From an uncultured Hormoscilla sp. (GTDB lineage: Bacteria; Cyanobacteriota; Cyanobacteriia; Cyanobacteriales; Desertifilaceae), in contig OZ001293.3 in the NCBI GenBank assembly GCA_963921275.4, positions 1,472,001 through 1,536,000 of the forward strand: a stretch of DNA of 64,000 bases, given 5' to 3'. This document shows, piece by piece, positions 10,424-21,074 of this stretch. The notes under the pieces are model-generated. The model was not told the origin of the DNA. It did no database searches and worked only from the letters and a program-made list of their open reading frames with translations. Both the position numbers and the translations under genes were made by a program. Position 1 is the stretch's first letter. Every line of letters begins with the position of its first letter.

Positions 10424-13400
10424 TTACCAAGGGTTACCAATCATCGTGAAAGCCGACCAGAAGTAAGGATGGGATAGAGATGTCTGTTGAATGCCTCTGA
10501 GAGTTGGGGGTAAAGAGATGCCTTCTGCTACTGCTGGCAGATGCAGGCGATCGCCCTCGAAATGGATGCGCCCAGAAATCATCGCCATCTGGGCCTGGCG
10601 CAGGGCCTCTGCCTTAATAGGTGCATTTTTCAGCTGTCCGTAAAACTCCGTCATCAGCCCCAATGTCCCCTCATCACTTACATACCATAAAGAAGCCAAA
10701 ACCGACTTAACTCCCGCGTTCACCGCAAACCCAGCAAAACCAAACTCCGCCTCCTCATTACCGAAGGCTGTCTGGCAAGCACTCAGCACCACCAAATCCA
10801 CTTGCAGTTTATCCCAACCCACCTGTTCCATTTGGTCTAAATGTAGCTTCCGATCGGACCACAACTGAATATAAGAATTACTGAGGGCACCCGGGCGGAA
10901 CTCCGCGTGGGTAGCGAGGTGAATTATCCCATAAGACCCTTTATGTAGTTGGCTTTTCAGATTAGCGAAAGTAAAAGCCTGGTTCAAGAAAGATTCGCCT
11001 CCCCACTCCTGCGCGATCTTCTTTATCTCTATTGGCACCGCTGGCAAGGGACCATGTTCCAGAAATTCCGAGGCCCCCATTGCCAGCAGATTCTTTTTCT
11101 TGACATCCACATAGCTAGCATCAGATAGGGTCAAGCTGGGCATCAGACCAAAGCTATATTGCTGCACCAGAAACTCCTCACCATCATGCAGGGCAGCTAT
11201 TGGCAGAGAACGCAACCCCCCATCCATGATGAAAACTAAATTCTGGACCCCGAGTCCTTGCAAATCAGCCCGGAGTGGTTGGATCATCCACTGGTAAAGT
11301 TGTTGGGCTGAGGGTAGATAGCTAGTAGTATCAATTTTTCTCCGATTTGTGACTTCTCGATAGAACTCCTGAGTTGTGGACATCACGCGCGATCGGGTAG
11401 CCTCTTTAATTCTATAGCGGATTGGCAGACCCTCCGCCGTCACCAGCATCAACTCCAAATGGTCTGACTCCATCTTGGGCCCTGATTTTCCCAGCCGATT
11501 TTTCCGGAACGGTGTATTTTCCCAGATTAACTCAGATTCCCCTTCCCTTTTTTCCATCCCATCCTTTTGCTGGCTGGGCACAAAACTGATATAGATAATC
11601 CCTGGCCTTACCTTAATGGATTGCTCAATTTTACCCAGAAAATGGCGCGCATCATCCAGAGTCCGCACTTTGTACTTGTCAGAAGGTATCTGTAAATACT
11701 CGGCAAACTGATTTGTGAACTCCTCTTCCCGTTCAGAAGCCATCCTGTATAATTCCCGATCGCTCCCAGTGGCATTCTGGAAGAATATGCTGTCCACAGA
11801 CCCTATTGATGATGTTTCCTCTTCTGAGGCCGATCGCCCCATCACCTCTTCCTCGGAGCTTGGATCTGCCTGGGTATCTGGTTCTGTCTGGAGGTCAGCA
11901 GTTTCAGTCTCCTCCTTACCTGGCTCCCGCCTGGTAACCTCTTCTGAGACTGGAACATCATCCGACACTACTTCCTCTTGTGGCGGTAAGTTTTCATCTG
12001 GTTCTGTCTGGAGGTCAGCAGTTTCAGTCTCCTCCTTACCTGGCTCCCGCCTGGTAACCTCTTCTGAGACTGGAACATCATCCGACACTACTTCCTCTTG
12101 TGGCGGTAAGTTTTCATCTGGTTCAATTAAATCGTCAGTATCTAAAACCACTTCTGGTTCGGTACTTGGTTCAGAATCTTCTGATACTGGCGGTTCAGAG
12201 ATAGTGGGTGAAGGTTCTTCTTCTGGGGACAAATCTACTTCTCCTGGCGGCTCTTCTGATAGATCCTCAGGAGGATCGGTTATTTCTTCCCCTAGCATTA
12301 AATCTTCCTCTGGTGGCGCGAGTAGGGTCGGGTCTTCTTCTTCTGGCGGCGGTAGATTTTCTTCCCCTAGCGGTATCCCTGGACTGTTTGTTTCGATCGT
12401 AATATTTCCCAAGTTGCTCGTACCAGTAAAAGATTGGGATGGTTCCATCGTAAACTCTCCACTGGTAATCGCAGCAGCTGTGCCTAATATCTGAGCATCT
12501 CCGATATGAAAAGGTTCAAACTGACTCGCGCCTGTGTGACGAATGGCGATCGTCCCACCTCCCGTTCCACCTGCTGTAGAAATACTTGCCTCATTGGTGC
12601 TAGCAGCGGATGTTTCAAACCGACCTGTTGCCCGGAATAAGCTACCTGTGATGGCAACATCCCCTCCGAGGCCCTCTGACCCCCCTTCTGCATTAATAAA
12701 TTCAACAGAGACATCACCACCCGTCAGACTCACATTGCCACCATTTCCCAGCTCAGCATTCGTATTTATTTGTCCAGTTGTAATTTCCCCATCGGCCCCT
12801 ATAGATATCTGTCCGCCTTGACCTTGTCCTCTAGCATTGAGATTACCTGTTTGTACCGTTCCCATCTGTGCTTGACTCGTAACATCCCCTCCATTCCCAA
12901 CAACTCCAGAGCTGTCTATATCACCAGTATTTATACTTCCCCCAGTACTCTGTAGAACGATCGCCCCACCATTATATCCCGAACTCGAAATAATACTTGT
13001 TCCTGTAATAATGTCCCCTGCTGCTACCATGTCAATGGTTCCTCCATCACCGGAAGCAGAGCTGGAGATTATTTCCCCTGTAATGGTATCAATTTTCCCA
13101 TTTGTCGTGTTTATGGGGATGTTTCCTCCCCGTCCGCTACCCCCAGAACTGGAGTTAATTGCACCTGTAATCACGTCACCCCTGGCCGTTGCTGTTATTG
13201 CTCCTCCCTCACCTATATTCCCCCTCGATATCAGGCTTCCAGAGCTTGTATCAATATTCCCGCCGCTATTGAGAGTAATATCGCCTCCCCTGTTCTGTCC
13301 GCTGCTATCCAGGTGAAGAGTGTTAATATTACCCCCACTATCAAGTGTAATATTTCCTCCCTCACCAGAAACCGAGACCGCATTGAGCCTTGTTCCTGGT

Positions 13401-15487
13401 TGTTCACTTAAGCCCATGGACCCGCCCACAGTATCCTGAAACTGGACCGTGCCCGCACCTGAATTTACAGTCAGTTGTTGATTGCCGTCAACAGTACCCT
13501 CAAAGGTAATGCTACCCCTATTCCCCGAGTCTATCGATATATCCCTTTCCAGAATCAAAGGACCACTCAGCTTAATTTCGACCCTAGATATATGTCCGGC
13601 AGCATTTATATTCCCCGTCGTTATTTTATCCGATGCCAGCAACTCAATATTCCCAGATTGTATAAATGAGCTAGAATCTATGTTACCAGTTGCGATCGTC
13701 CCTGCTGCTTGCAGAGTAATATTGCCCCCATTTCCTCCTTCCGATTTTTCCGGAACGGTAGACTTGGATATTATATCCGCCGCGAATATGTTAGAAAAGT
13801 TGCTAATCAAGCGAATATCCCCGCCATTAGAGAATATGCTGGCGGATGGTGACTCGGGGTTGAAAACAATCTCACCCCCAGTAGACACAAATACATTCAG
13901 CTTTCCGGCATCAGAACTAATTTGGCCATTAACCAAAATTTCATTAGCAGCATTCAGGGCGAGGGTATTCTGAACGCCATCTGTTTTCTTAATTGCTGAT
14001 TCTACAGTTATTTGTCCCGGATGCTGTGTACTACCAACATTGCGCGACGCGAGCGTGACGTTGGTTCCATTATCTAAAGCCGAGGATATATCGGAGGCAT
14101 TAACCACAGCTTCCTTATCTGTCCGATCGAAAATATCTGCAATCTCTCCCTCTAACAGATTATTATTGTCGATGATGATATTACCAGATTCTAACAGCCA
14201 TGTTCCTTGATTCCCCCGTGGAGCACTAGCGTCCACTGACGCATTTGTCACATCTAGACCCTCTCGGCCTATGACCTCCACTCGTCCCCCATTAGTTGGT
14301 TCTGAACTACCACCACGGGCCGAGATCGTGCCGTAGAAACCCGTCATTTCCTCTGCCGCCACTCTCACCGAACCCCCCTTGCCCGATCGCATCCCATCTG
14401 CTGCGATCACCGCATCATTGCTAATATAGGTCTGACTTGTACCATCGCCGCCAATCAGCACTTTGCCACCGTCGTTGCCCGAAACGTTAATATTGGCATC
14501 AACCACACCCACCCGATCGCCCATCACTCGCACCGTTCCTCCTGGGGCCAGTTCAGTCTCGAAACCCGATGATGCGTCCAAAGTTCCAGAAGTGATCGCC
14601 ACCCCCTGAGATGCGGAAACTGTAATGCCAGAACCAGTCAATAGCAATTGTCCTCGTTCGTTCACGCTTACGGAACTGGCATGTTCTCTATCTGTACCGG
14701 TCAGCAATTCTGGCAAAGACAGAGGGGTAATTGGGACTTCAGTGTCTGGAGTAATATCTAGGGAAAGCAGTTGTCCTGCTTGAGAAATGCGCAGTATAGA
14801 CTGGCCGGTAACTGCTTGCACGGTGATATTCCCCGATGGTGCTTTTATTGTCCCCGTATTAATCGCCGTGCCACCCAGCAAGGTTATACTCTCTCCTGTC
14901 GCCACGGTTAAGTTACCTTCGTTGAGAATACTTCCAGGCGCGATCGGGTCAAATCTCAAGGCATTTGGCGTCCCTACTAAGCTTGCCCAATCATTTTCCC
15001 CAAATGCCTGAAACCAGCTGTCATCATCAAAACCGATGCCCGTAGCGGTAGTGGCACTAAAAGCAGCAGGAACATCTAGACTAGCATTGGGGCCAAATAT
15101 GATGCCAGCAGGATTCAGCAAGAACAGGTTAGAATTGCCCCCTGTAACTTGTATTAGACCGTTAATCACCGAGGGGTCGCCTCCATTAATCCGACCCAGA
15201 ATATTTTGGATCTTTCGGTTAGAGAGAAAATTAGCGATTTGACCTTCCGAGAGATTAAACTGGGTAAAGCTGTGGAAAAGATTCGTCCCATCACCAGAAA
15301 GCTGACCGCCGGTAATATTATATGTATCGCCGGTGTTTTTTATTTTGGTATCAGTGCCATCTGATGCTGGGACGAGCGGTTGTGCCTTTGCTGGACTGGC
15401 ACCGACTGAGGCAGTGAAACTCAGGGTGACGAGAAGCAGAAGCTTGACACGGGGCGTTTTAACTATGCTATTCACGGCTAATTTCAT
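10424..15487 (-). CDS. Filamentous haemagglutinin N-terminal (TPS) domain protein with C-terminal CHAT (caspase-like) domain
   Basis: Signal peptide, NLFHSF, NPAGIIFG, G-rich beta-helix repeats, acidic linker, CHAT dyad HLATHA / VLSACQT, ending HPYFWSAFTMIGNPW. Confidence 0.92.
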   Translation of the reverse strand: MKLAVNSIVKTPRVKLLLLVTLSFTASVGASPAKAQPLVPASDGTDTKIKNTGDTYNITGGQLSGDGTNLFHSFTQFNLSEGQIANFLSNRKIQNILGRINGGDPSVINGLIQVTGGNSNLFLLNPAGIIFGPNASLDVPAAFSATTATGIGFDDDSWFQAFGENDWASLVGTPNALRFDPIAPGSILNEGNLTVATGESITLLGGTAINTGTIKAPSGNITVQAVTGQSILRISQAGQLLSLDITPDTEVPITPLSLPELLTGTDREHASSVSVNERGQLLLTGSGITVSASQGVAITSGTLDASSGFETELAPGGTVRVMGDRVGVVDANINVSGNDGGKVLIGGDGTSQTYISNDAVIAADGMRSGKGGSVRVAAEEMTGFYGTISARGGSSEPTNGGRVEVIGREGLDVTNASVDASAPRGNQGTWLLESGNIIIDNNNLLEGEIADIFDRTDKEAVVNASDISSALDNGTNVTLASRNVGSTQHPGQITVESAIKKTDGVQNTLALNAANEILVNGQISSDAGKLNVFVSTGGEIVFNPESPSASIFSNGGDIRLISNFSNIFAADIISKSTVPEKSEGGNGGNITLQAAGTIATGNIDSSSFIQSGNIELLASDKITTGNINAAGHISRVEIKLSGPLILERDISIDSGNRGSITFEGTVDGNQQLTVNSGAGTVQFQDTVGGSMGLSEQPGTRLNAVSVSGEGGNITLDSGGNINTLHLDSSGQNRGGDITLNSGGNIDTSSGSLISRGNIGEGGAITATARGDVITGAINSSSGGSGRGGNIPINTTNGKIDTITGEIISSSASGDGGTIDMVAAGDIITGTSIISSSGYNGGAIVLQSTGGSINTGDIDSSGVVGNGGDVTSQAQMGTVQTGNLNARGQGQGGQISIGADGEITTGQINTNAELGNGGNVSLTGGDVSVEFINAEGGSEGLGGDVAITGSLFRATGRFETSAASTNEASISTAGGTGGGTIAIRHTGASQFEPFHIGDAQILGTAAAITSGEFTMEPSQSFTGTSNLGNITIETNSPGIPLGEENLPPPEEEDPTLLAPPEEDLMLGEEITDPPEDLSEEPPGEVDLSPEEEPSPTISEPPVSEDSEPSTEPEVVLDTDDLIEPDENLPPQEEVVSDDVPVSEEVTRREPGKEETETADLQTEPDENLPPQEEVVSDDVPVSEEVTRREPGKEETETADLQTEPDTQADPSSEEEVMGRSASEEETSSIGSVDSIFFQNATGSDRELYRMASEREEEFTNQFAEYLQIPSDKYKVRTLDDARHFLGKIEQSIKVRPGIIYISFVPSQQKDGMEKREGESELIWENTPFRKNRLGKSGPKMESDHLELMLVTAEGLPIRYRIKEATRSRVMSTTQEFYREVTNRRKIDTTSYLPSAQQLYQWMIQPLRADLQGLGVQNLVFIMDGGLRSLPIAALHDGEEFLVQQYSFGLMPSLTLSDASYVDVKKKNLLAMGASEFLEHGPLPAVPIEIKKIAQEWGGESFLNQAFTFANLKSQLHKGSYGIIHLATHAEFRPGALSNSYIQLWSDRKLHLDQMEQVGWDKLQVDLVVLSACQTAFGNEEAEFGFAGFAVNAGVKSVLASLWYVSDEGTLGLMTEFYGQLKNAPIKAEALRQAQMAMISGRIHFEGDRLHLPAVAEGISLPPTLRGIQQTSLSHPYFWSAFTMIGNPW
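11877..12125. repeat. Perfect 120-bp tandem duplication inside the acidic linker of the CHAT protein
   Basis: EPDENLPPQEEVVSDDVPVSEEVTRREPGKEETETADLQT occurs twice. Confidence 0.9.
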
Positions 15488-15698
15488 CCAAGCGTCTTTT
15501 TTTCTGGGAAAAAAATATTTTTTAAGCTCTACTCATGCTAATATAACTTATTTATCCAGGGTAAGCGCACGCTTCGCTAAATTCTAATCGTTGGCTACAG
15601 ACACAAGTCGGACAATAGAATCTTGAAAATTATTATTGCCTTTTCAACTGTGGCGAGCGCTTGATGATTCCGTTAGTCTAGCAGCCATCTAGAGTCCT

Positions 15699-15735
15699 GG
15701 ATATGCGTATATTCTGGCAAAATATACGCATATCC
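15699..15735. promoter_or_regulatory. 15-bp perfect inverted repeat between the divergent TPS-CHAT gene and clpP
   Basis: ggatatgcgtatatt-ctggcaa-aatatacgcatatcc; function unknown. Confidence 0.4.
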
Positions 15736-15888
15736 AAATTTTCTTCTACTGATTTCGGATTATACTCCCGATTTTCGCCACACTAAATTTAGTTGCTCCC
15801 TGGCTTTTTGTCAAGAGGGGGGGGGGGAGCGCCAAACCATAATTATCTGTTGCAAGTACAATTAAGACAAATCAAACAAACTGACCTC

Positions 15889-16509
15889 ATGATTCCTACC
15901 GTTATCGAACAATCCGGTCGTGGCGAACGCGCTTTTGATATCTACTCCCGACTGTTGCGGGAACGCATCATCTTCCTGGGACAAGCGATTGACGCTGATG
16001 TGGCCAATCTAGTCGTGGCCCAGCTGCTGTTTCTAGATGCCGAAGACCCGGAGAAGGAAATTTATCTCTATGTCAACTCACCAGGCGGCTCGGTCACAGC
16101 TGGCATGGGAATTTTCGACACCATAAATCAGATCCGTCCTCATGTTTGTACTATCTGCGTAGGATTAGCCGCCAGTATGGGTGCCTTCCTCCTTAGCGCC
16201 GGTGCCAAGGGGAAGCGAATGAGTCTGCCTCATTCCCGGATCATGATCCATCAGCCCCTAGGTGGTGCTCAGGGACAAGCTACTGACATCGAGATTCAGG
16301 CTAAGGAAATACTATATCATAAGCAACGACTGAACGAGTTGTTGGCTCAACATACTGGTCAACCTCTGGAACGGATTGAGCAGGATACCGAGCGGGATTT
16401 CTTTATGTCGGCAGCAGAAGCAAAGGACTATGGCCTCGTGGACCAAGTGATTAACCGCCGACCCACCGTTCCGGAAAAATCGGCGACTAAACCGGTGGCC
16501 GCAAGTTAG
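15889..16509 (+). CDS. clpP: ATP-dependent Clp protease proteolytic subunit
   Basis: [45 protein letters not shown]. Confidence 0.97.
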   Translation: MIPTVIEQSGRGERAFDIYSRLLRERIIFLGQAIDADVANLVVAQLLFLDAEDPEKEIYLYVNSPGGSVTAGMGIFDTINQIRPHVCTICVGLAASMGAFLLSAGAKGKRMSLPHSRIMIHQPLGGAQGQATDIEIQAKEILYHKQRLNELLAQHTGQPLERIEQDTERDFFMSAAEAKDYGLVDQVINRRPTVPEKSATKPVAAS

Positions 16510-16575
16510 CGCGATGCTGCTGCGCAGCCGCTACGCGATCGGGTGTAGGAGACGGGTTACACCCGACCAACTACC

Positions 16576-17502
16576 TCAAAATAGGCCCTGGTTCGGTTGG
16601 GGTTGAGATTGCAGGTAATCTCGGAATTCCTGTAATTGCTGACAACTAAGGAGTACCCGCGATCGCTGGTTGTAGGTAAGTTCAAGATGTTTGCGTCCCT
16701 GTTTTTCAGTCCAGCCCAAACGCTTAAGTTCCTGGGTAGTTTGAGAGTAGGCTTGCAAATAGTGCAAAAATTCCAGCAACTCATCGTTGCCCAGCAGCGA
16801 TCGCTCCGGTTGGCCATAGAACTGTTGGAGATAATCCCTTTCTTTGTCAGTATCCCAGCCCACTCGCTCCAGTTCAACTGTAATACTGTTGCTTACCTCC
16901 GAGTAATCAAACGGTGCAGGCGATGCATTCAAAGTCTCATCCGGCATCCCACCCAGATCGGTCTGACTCGACTGATGAGTATAACTGGCAGACCAAATCG
17001 GATCGTCTGAAGTATCGCTGGTTGCATCTGTGTCCTCCACGACAGTCCCTAATATATCGCCAGTTGTATCGGCGATCGAGTTGCCAGTAACAGAGGCATC
17101 GGCAGCTACGGTTTCAGGGCTTGACTGGTAGTCAAAGAAACTGCTCTGGGTACTGGTGCTAACAGTAGTTGTGGGTGGGTGACTAGGGTTCGCTGTTTGC
17201 TTCATCTGGGAGACAGCGGTTGGCGGTTCTAGGGGCTGTGTCCCCCCTTTTGTGCGAGTAGCGCTCTCGGGGGACACAGAAGGTGCTGGTGGGGACGTCA
17301 TCTGCATTCCCAAAACTGCGATCGCCCTTTGACGTGCTTGATCTTCTGCCTGTTCTATACTAGGAGCAGCAGCCATGCCAGAAGCCAGGGTAACTCCCCC
17401 GACTTGAACCAGGGCGCGAACTAGATAAGTCCCCCGTTCGACCAGCAGTAACTCAGAAATTAAACTACCAGTTGGATAATGGGCGCGGAATTGAGTGAAC
17501 AT
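16576..17502 (-). CDS. Conserved cyanobacterial hypothetical protein
   Basis: QFRAHYPTGSLISELL N-terminus, low-complexity middle, two ELxRxGW repeats. Confidence 0.8.
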   Translation of the reverse strand: MFTQFRAHYPTGSLISELLLVERGTYLVRALVQVGGVTLASGMAAAPSIEQAEDQARQRAIAVLGMQMTSPPAPSVSPESATRTKGGTQPLEPPTAVSQMKQTANPSHPPTTTVSTSTQSSFFDYQSSPETVAADASVTGNSIADTTGDILGTVVEDTDATSDTSDDPIWSASYTHQSSQTDLGGMPDETLNASPAPFDYSEVSNSITVELERVGWDTDKERDYLQQFYGQPERSLLGNDELLEFLHYLQAYSQTTQELKRLGWTEKQGRKHLELTYNQRSRVLLSCQQLQEFRDYLQSQPQPNQGLF

Positions 17503-17728
17503 AGGTTCTTCGATTGCTTGTGAATACTTCTTTCGAGCGCAGCAACTCCTCGTTACCTGGCTTTTGCCTGGTAACCTAGGATCCTGCCTGATAACGTAGG
17601 CTATTGAGTTCCACCATATGGTATGATCTGCCCTTATATGTTACGATAACCCAAAAATTGTCAAAAACATATGATATCATACCCCCAACCTTCAAGACGA
17701 TCGATCCTGAAAAGACCCATAGCGGACA

Positions 17729-18220
17729 ATGCTAAAAGATAATTCGGCCTTGATGAGTGACGCTAACCGCCTACAATTTCTCCGGAAAGTGCCAATTTTT
17801 ACCATAATTACTAGCGAGGCTTTCCTAGAGCAACTGGCGACTAACTTAGATGAGGTTATATTTACATCTGGTCAAACTATTTTTACGCAAGGGGAGGAAG
17901 GGCATTTACTTTACATTCTGGTAGAGGGCAAAATCAAGATTCATATTGAATATTTTCCCCTAGCTCAGTTAGAACCAGTAGCATATTTTGGCGAGATAGC
18001 TTTGCTTGATTCTCAGCCCCGATCGGCTTTCGCGATCGCAGTTTCGGAGTCTAAGTGTTTAGTGTTAACGTCCGAACAAGTATATCAAGCGATCGAGTCA
18101 AGTCCATCAGTTTCCCTGAACATAATTCGCGTACTATGTCAGCGAGTGAGAAAGCTCAACCGGATGTTTGGGGCCTCGGAAGACATATTTTACGACCTAG
18201 TTAAAAGGCAAGTATTATGA
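17729..18220 (+). CDS. Cyclic nucleotide-binding domain protein
   Basis: IFTQGEEG, YFGEIALLDSQPRSA phosphate-binding cassette. Confidence 0.88.
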   Translation: MLKDNSALMSDANRLQFLRKVPIFTIITSEAFLEQLATNLDEVIFTSGQTIFTQGEEGHLLYILVEGKIKIHIEYFPLAQLEPVAYFGEIALLDSQPRSAFAIAVSESKCLVLTSEQVYQAIESSPSVSLNIIRVLCQRVRKLNRMFGASEDIFYDLVKRQVL

Positions 18221-19287
18221 TGCTATCTCAATCCAACTTACAACTCCTGCAAGAAGTCCCAATTTTTCGAGAAATCGAGCAGCATAAATTCCTATCACAA
18301 ATCGCAGCCAACCTAGAAGAGGTTGAGTTTGCAGCTGGGCAGACCATTTTCAAACAAGGAGAACCAGGGTCATTACTTTACATTGTAGTTTCTGGTACGA
18401 TTCAGGTTCACATTGGTGGTTTGCAGCTAGCCAAATTGGGACCAGGAGACTATTTTGGTGAGATGTCTTTATTTGACTCAGAGCCCCATTCCGCTTCTGT
18501 AACGACTCTGGAGGTATCTAAATGTTTAGTATTAACCCAGCAGTTGATTTATCAAGCCATAGAGTCAAGCCCGGAGATGGGACTGAACATTATTCGCCTC
18601 CTCTGTCAGCGTGTACGCAAACTCAACCTGCATATTAGTGCTTGGTTGCGAGGTCTGCTAACAGTTGCTTGGGCAGATAACGAATATAGTCAGGAGGAAA
18701 AAGATTTAATTAAGGGGCTGATTAAAGATGACCTTGGTCCTAATACGAATATCGGTGTTCTCAAACCAATTTCGGCACCGGAGTTAGCGGCTGCTTTGGC
18801 GGGTGATACCCCAGTAGCGGATAATTTCTTGAGAACTGCTGTGATTGTTGCCCTAGCCAATGGGACTTATTCTGAGGCCGAAGACCGAGTATTGCGCGAG
18901 TTCTGTACAGCATTAGGTCAAACAGAGGAAATTCTCAATGCCCTGAGGCTCATCCTGATTCCTAATGACATAGAAAATCAAAAGCAGCACAAAAACTTAG
19001 TACAGACCTTGCAGTCTAAGTTTCCCCATGGAGATGTATTGCATCCAGTCCGCCAATGGTTGGATGAAATGGATATTAATACCCCTTATACGGCCAAATT
19101 TTTGTGCAAAATGATTCCCGCCCAATGTCCCTTTGAGCGGGATATTATCCTATTTGGTCACAAGGTCGTGCATATTACTCCCATGTGTAAGATCAATCCT
19201 TTGTACGAGCAGTTAGTGGGTCTACGGTTTCGGGCACTGTCCTATCTAGCAGATCGATGTGGAGAGGACATCTCTAGTTACATATAG
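18217..19287 (+). CDS. cNMP-binding domain fused to a TerB-like domain and a 'Mo-dependent nitrogenase C-terminal' family domain
   Basis: YFGEMSLFDSEPHSA; AWLRGLLTVAWAD; IPAQCPFERD...MCKINPLYEQLVGLRFRALSYLAD. Confidence 0.85.
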   Translation: MMLSQSNLQLLQEVPIFREIEQHKFLSQIAANLEEVEFAAGQTIFKQGEPGSLLYIVVSGTIQVHIGGLQLAKLGPGDYFGEMSLFDSEPHSASVTTLEVSKCLVLTQQLIYQAIESSPEMGLNIIRLLCQRVRKLNLHISAWLRGLLTVAWADNEYSQEEKDLIKGLIKDDLGPNTNIGVLKPISAPELAAALAGDTPVADNFLRTAVIVALANGTYSEAEDRVLREFCTALGQTEEILNALRLILIPNDIENQKQHKNLVQTLQSKFPHGDVLHPVRQWLDEMDINTPYTAKFLCKMIPAQCPFERDIILFGHKVVHITPMCKINPLYEQLVGLRFRALSYLADRCGEDISSYI

Positions 19288-19376
19288 CAACAGTCTGGCT
19301 AATGGCTAATTGTAGCCATTAGCCACTCATGAACGATGTCCCCTGGGAACGAGGTGCTCCCAGGGGACATCGAAGA

Positions 19377-19826
19377 TTACTCATGAATCCAAGACATCAA
19401 GCTGGGTTTCCAGTTGACGAGTTCTTCTTGTTCAAACCAGAGGTTAATTTCCCGTTGTGCGGTCTCTATGGCGTCTGATCCGTGGATGAGATTGCGACCA
19501 ACATCAACGCCGAAGTCTCCACGAATGGTTCCTGGTTCAGCGTTGAGGGGGTTAGTGGCACCAATTATTTTTCTAGCTGATGCTACGACTCCATCACCTT
19601 CCCAAACCATAGCAACAACGGGTCCAAAGGTGATGAACTCAATTAGACTAGAAAAAAACGGTCTTTCTTTGTGGACCTCGTAATGCTTTTCCGCCAGTTC
19701 GCGACTGACGTTCGTTAGCTTCAAGCCCACTAGGGTAAAGCCTTTGACCTCAAACCGGCGGATGATATCGCCTACGAGCGATCGCTGGACTCCATCAGGC
19801 TTAATGGCTAAAAAAGTTCGTTCCAT
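19377..19826 (-). CDS. ndk: Nucleoside diphosphate kinase
   Basis: [22 protein letters not shown]. Confidence 0.97.
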   Translation of the reverse strand: MERTFLAIKPDGVQRSLVGDIIRRFEVKGFTLVGLKLTNVSRELAEKHYEVHKERPFFSSLIEFITFGPVVAMVWEGDGVVASARKIIGATNPLNAEPGTIRGDFGVDVGRNLIHGSDAIETAQREINLWFEQEELVNWKPSLMSWIHE

Positions 19827-20193
19827 GGCAGTCTCCTCTTTGCATTATATGGCATTCCGGTGTCTCCTGGGTAGTGCTCCTACGATGTCCCCGGGGTAGT
19901 GCGGCTACGATGTTTCCCGGGTAGTGCGATTAGCGCTCTCGGGAAACATCGAGCTCCCTGGGGACATCGAGGTCCCAGGAGACACCGCCCTGGTCGGCGA
20001 TCTGATCTCACTTGCGCTCGCTCATGATTCGATCGCGACAAATACCAGATTATCAGAGTTCGGAGTTCTCTGTTCAGAGATTGCTTCGTTCCTCGCAACG
20101 CTGCGCGGTTATTTTTTTCCGATTTTTCTGTAGATCGCACTACATTTGGTGTTTGGCCGCTCATTGGTGACCAGTGGGAGCGGGTGGAAAGTA

Positions 20194-21022
20194 ATACCAT
20201 TTTGGAAAAACAATGCTACAGTTGCCGCTGCCCCTGAAACCAACTGACCCATGACCACACCCGTCTGGCAGTCATAAAGAGCAAAAGTTCTCTACTCTAT
20301 CAACGGTCTGCATGACCGCACTTATGGGACAAATCACGCTTACTGTGTGACAAATTACGCTTATTCTGTGACAAATTACGCTTATTCTGTGATAAATTAC
20401 GCTTACTCTGTGATAAATTACGCTTACTAGGTAAAATGTCAATCTTACTATGTGAAATGTCAATCTTACTAGGTGGCATGTCAATCTTACCTTTGACATG
20501 TCACGCTTACTATTTGACCAAGTCGGCTTTCATGTCGGCAGGCTAGACCGGAACTGTGGCTGCTTTCAACCTTTGCATGGAGAGTACTTCACCCGCCACC
20601 AGGTGTAAGTAGTAGGGCATAATTATTTTTAGATTTTATTTTTAACTCAACAAGACTATAACCCTTGCTCTGTGGTAATTTGAAGCTTTCTGGTGTCCAA
20701 GGTCGAACTACGAACTACTTATCGTGGTCCCGAGATGTCCGGTGGGGTCGAGGTATATCCCGGGAGCGCCGATTTTTCTGGTGCGCACGCTCCGGGCCCC
20801 CTCCGCTACGGGCGGATAAGAGCGAGCGTTAACCGCACTACCTCGGGGACATCTCCTGAACACTACCCACTCGACACCTTCCGGTTCAAATCCAAAGGCC
20901 GATAGCGCACGGCTGGCACGCTCCGGGAACCCTCCGCTGCGCAGTGCGCGATCAGTCGGTGTTATACCGACTAAAAAGATGATGCTGAAACTAATTGTAG
21001 CATTGTTTTTCCAAAATGGTAT
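20194..21022. mobile_element. 829-bp MITE-like element bounded by perfect 27-bp inverted repeats
   Basis: ataccattttggaaaaacaatgctaca (20194-20220) and its reverse complement (20996-21022). Related ends at 57991/58210 and 45840-45867. Confidence 0.65.
20328..20519. repeat. Degenerate 21-bp tandem repeat (about 9 units)
   Basis: gacaaattacgcttattctgt drifting to aaatgtcaatcttactatgtg. Confidence 0.85.
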
Positions 21023-21074
21023 AAGTTACGATCTCATAGCAATTCCAGATTTAAGCAGTGAGGTGAAGGTCAAA

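Noticed and set aside
11715..15587. Plus-strand ORFs opposite the TPS-CHAT gene
   Set aside because: Antisense shadows of a low-complexity coding region.
18217..19287. Evidence for nitrogen fixation from the 'Mo-dependent nitrogenase C-terminal' domain or the HetZ-like gene
   Set aside because: The family name does not imply nitrogenase activity, both families occur in non-heterocystous strains, and no nif genes are in the window.
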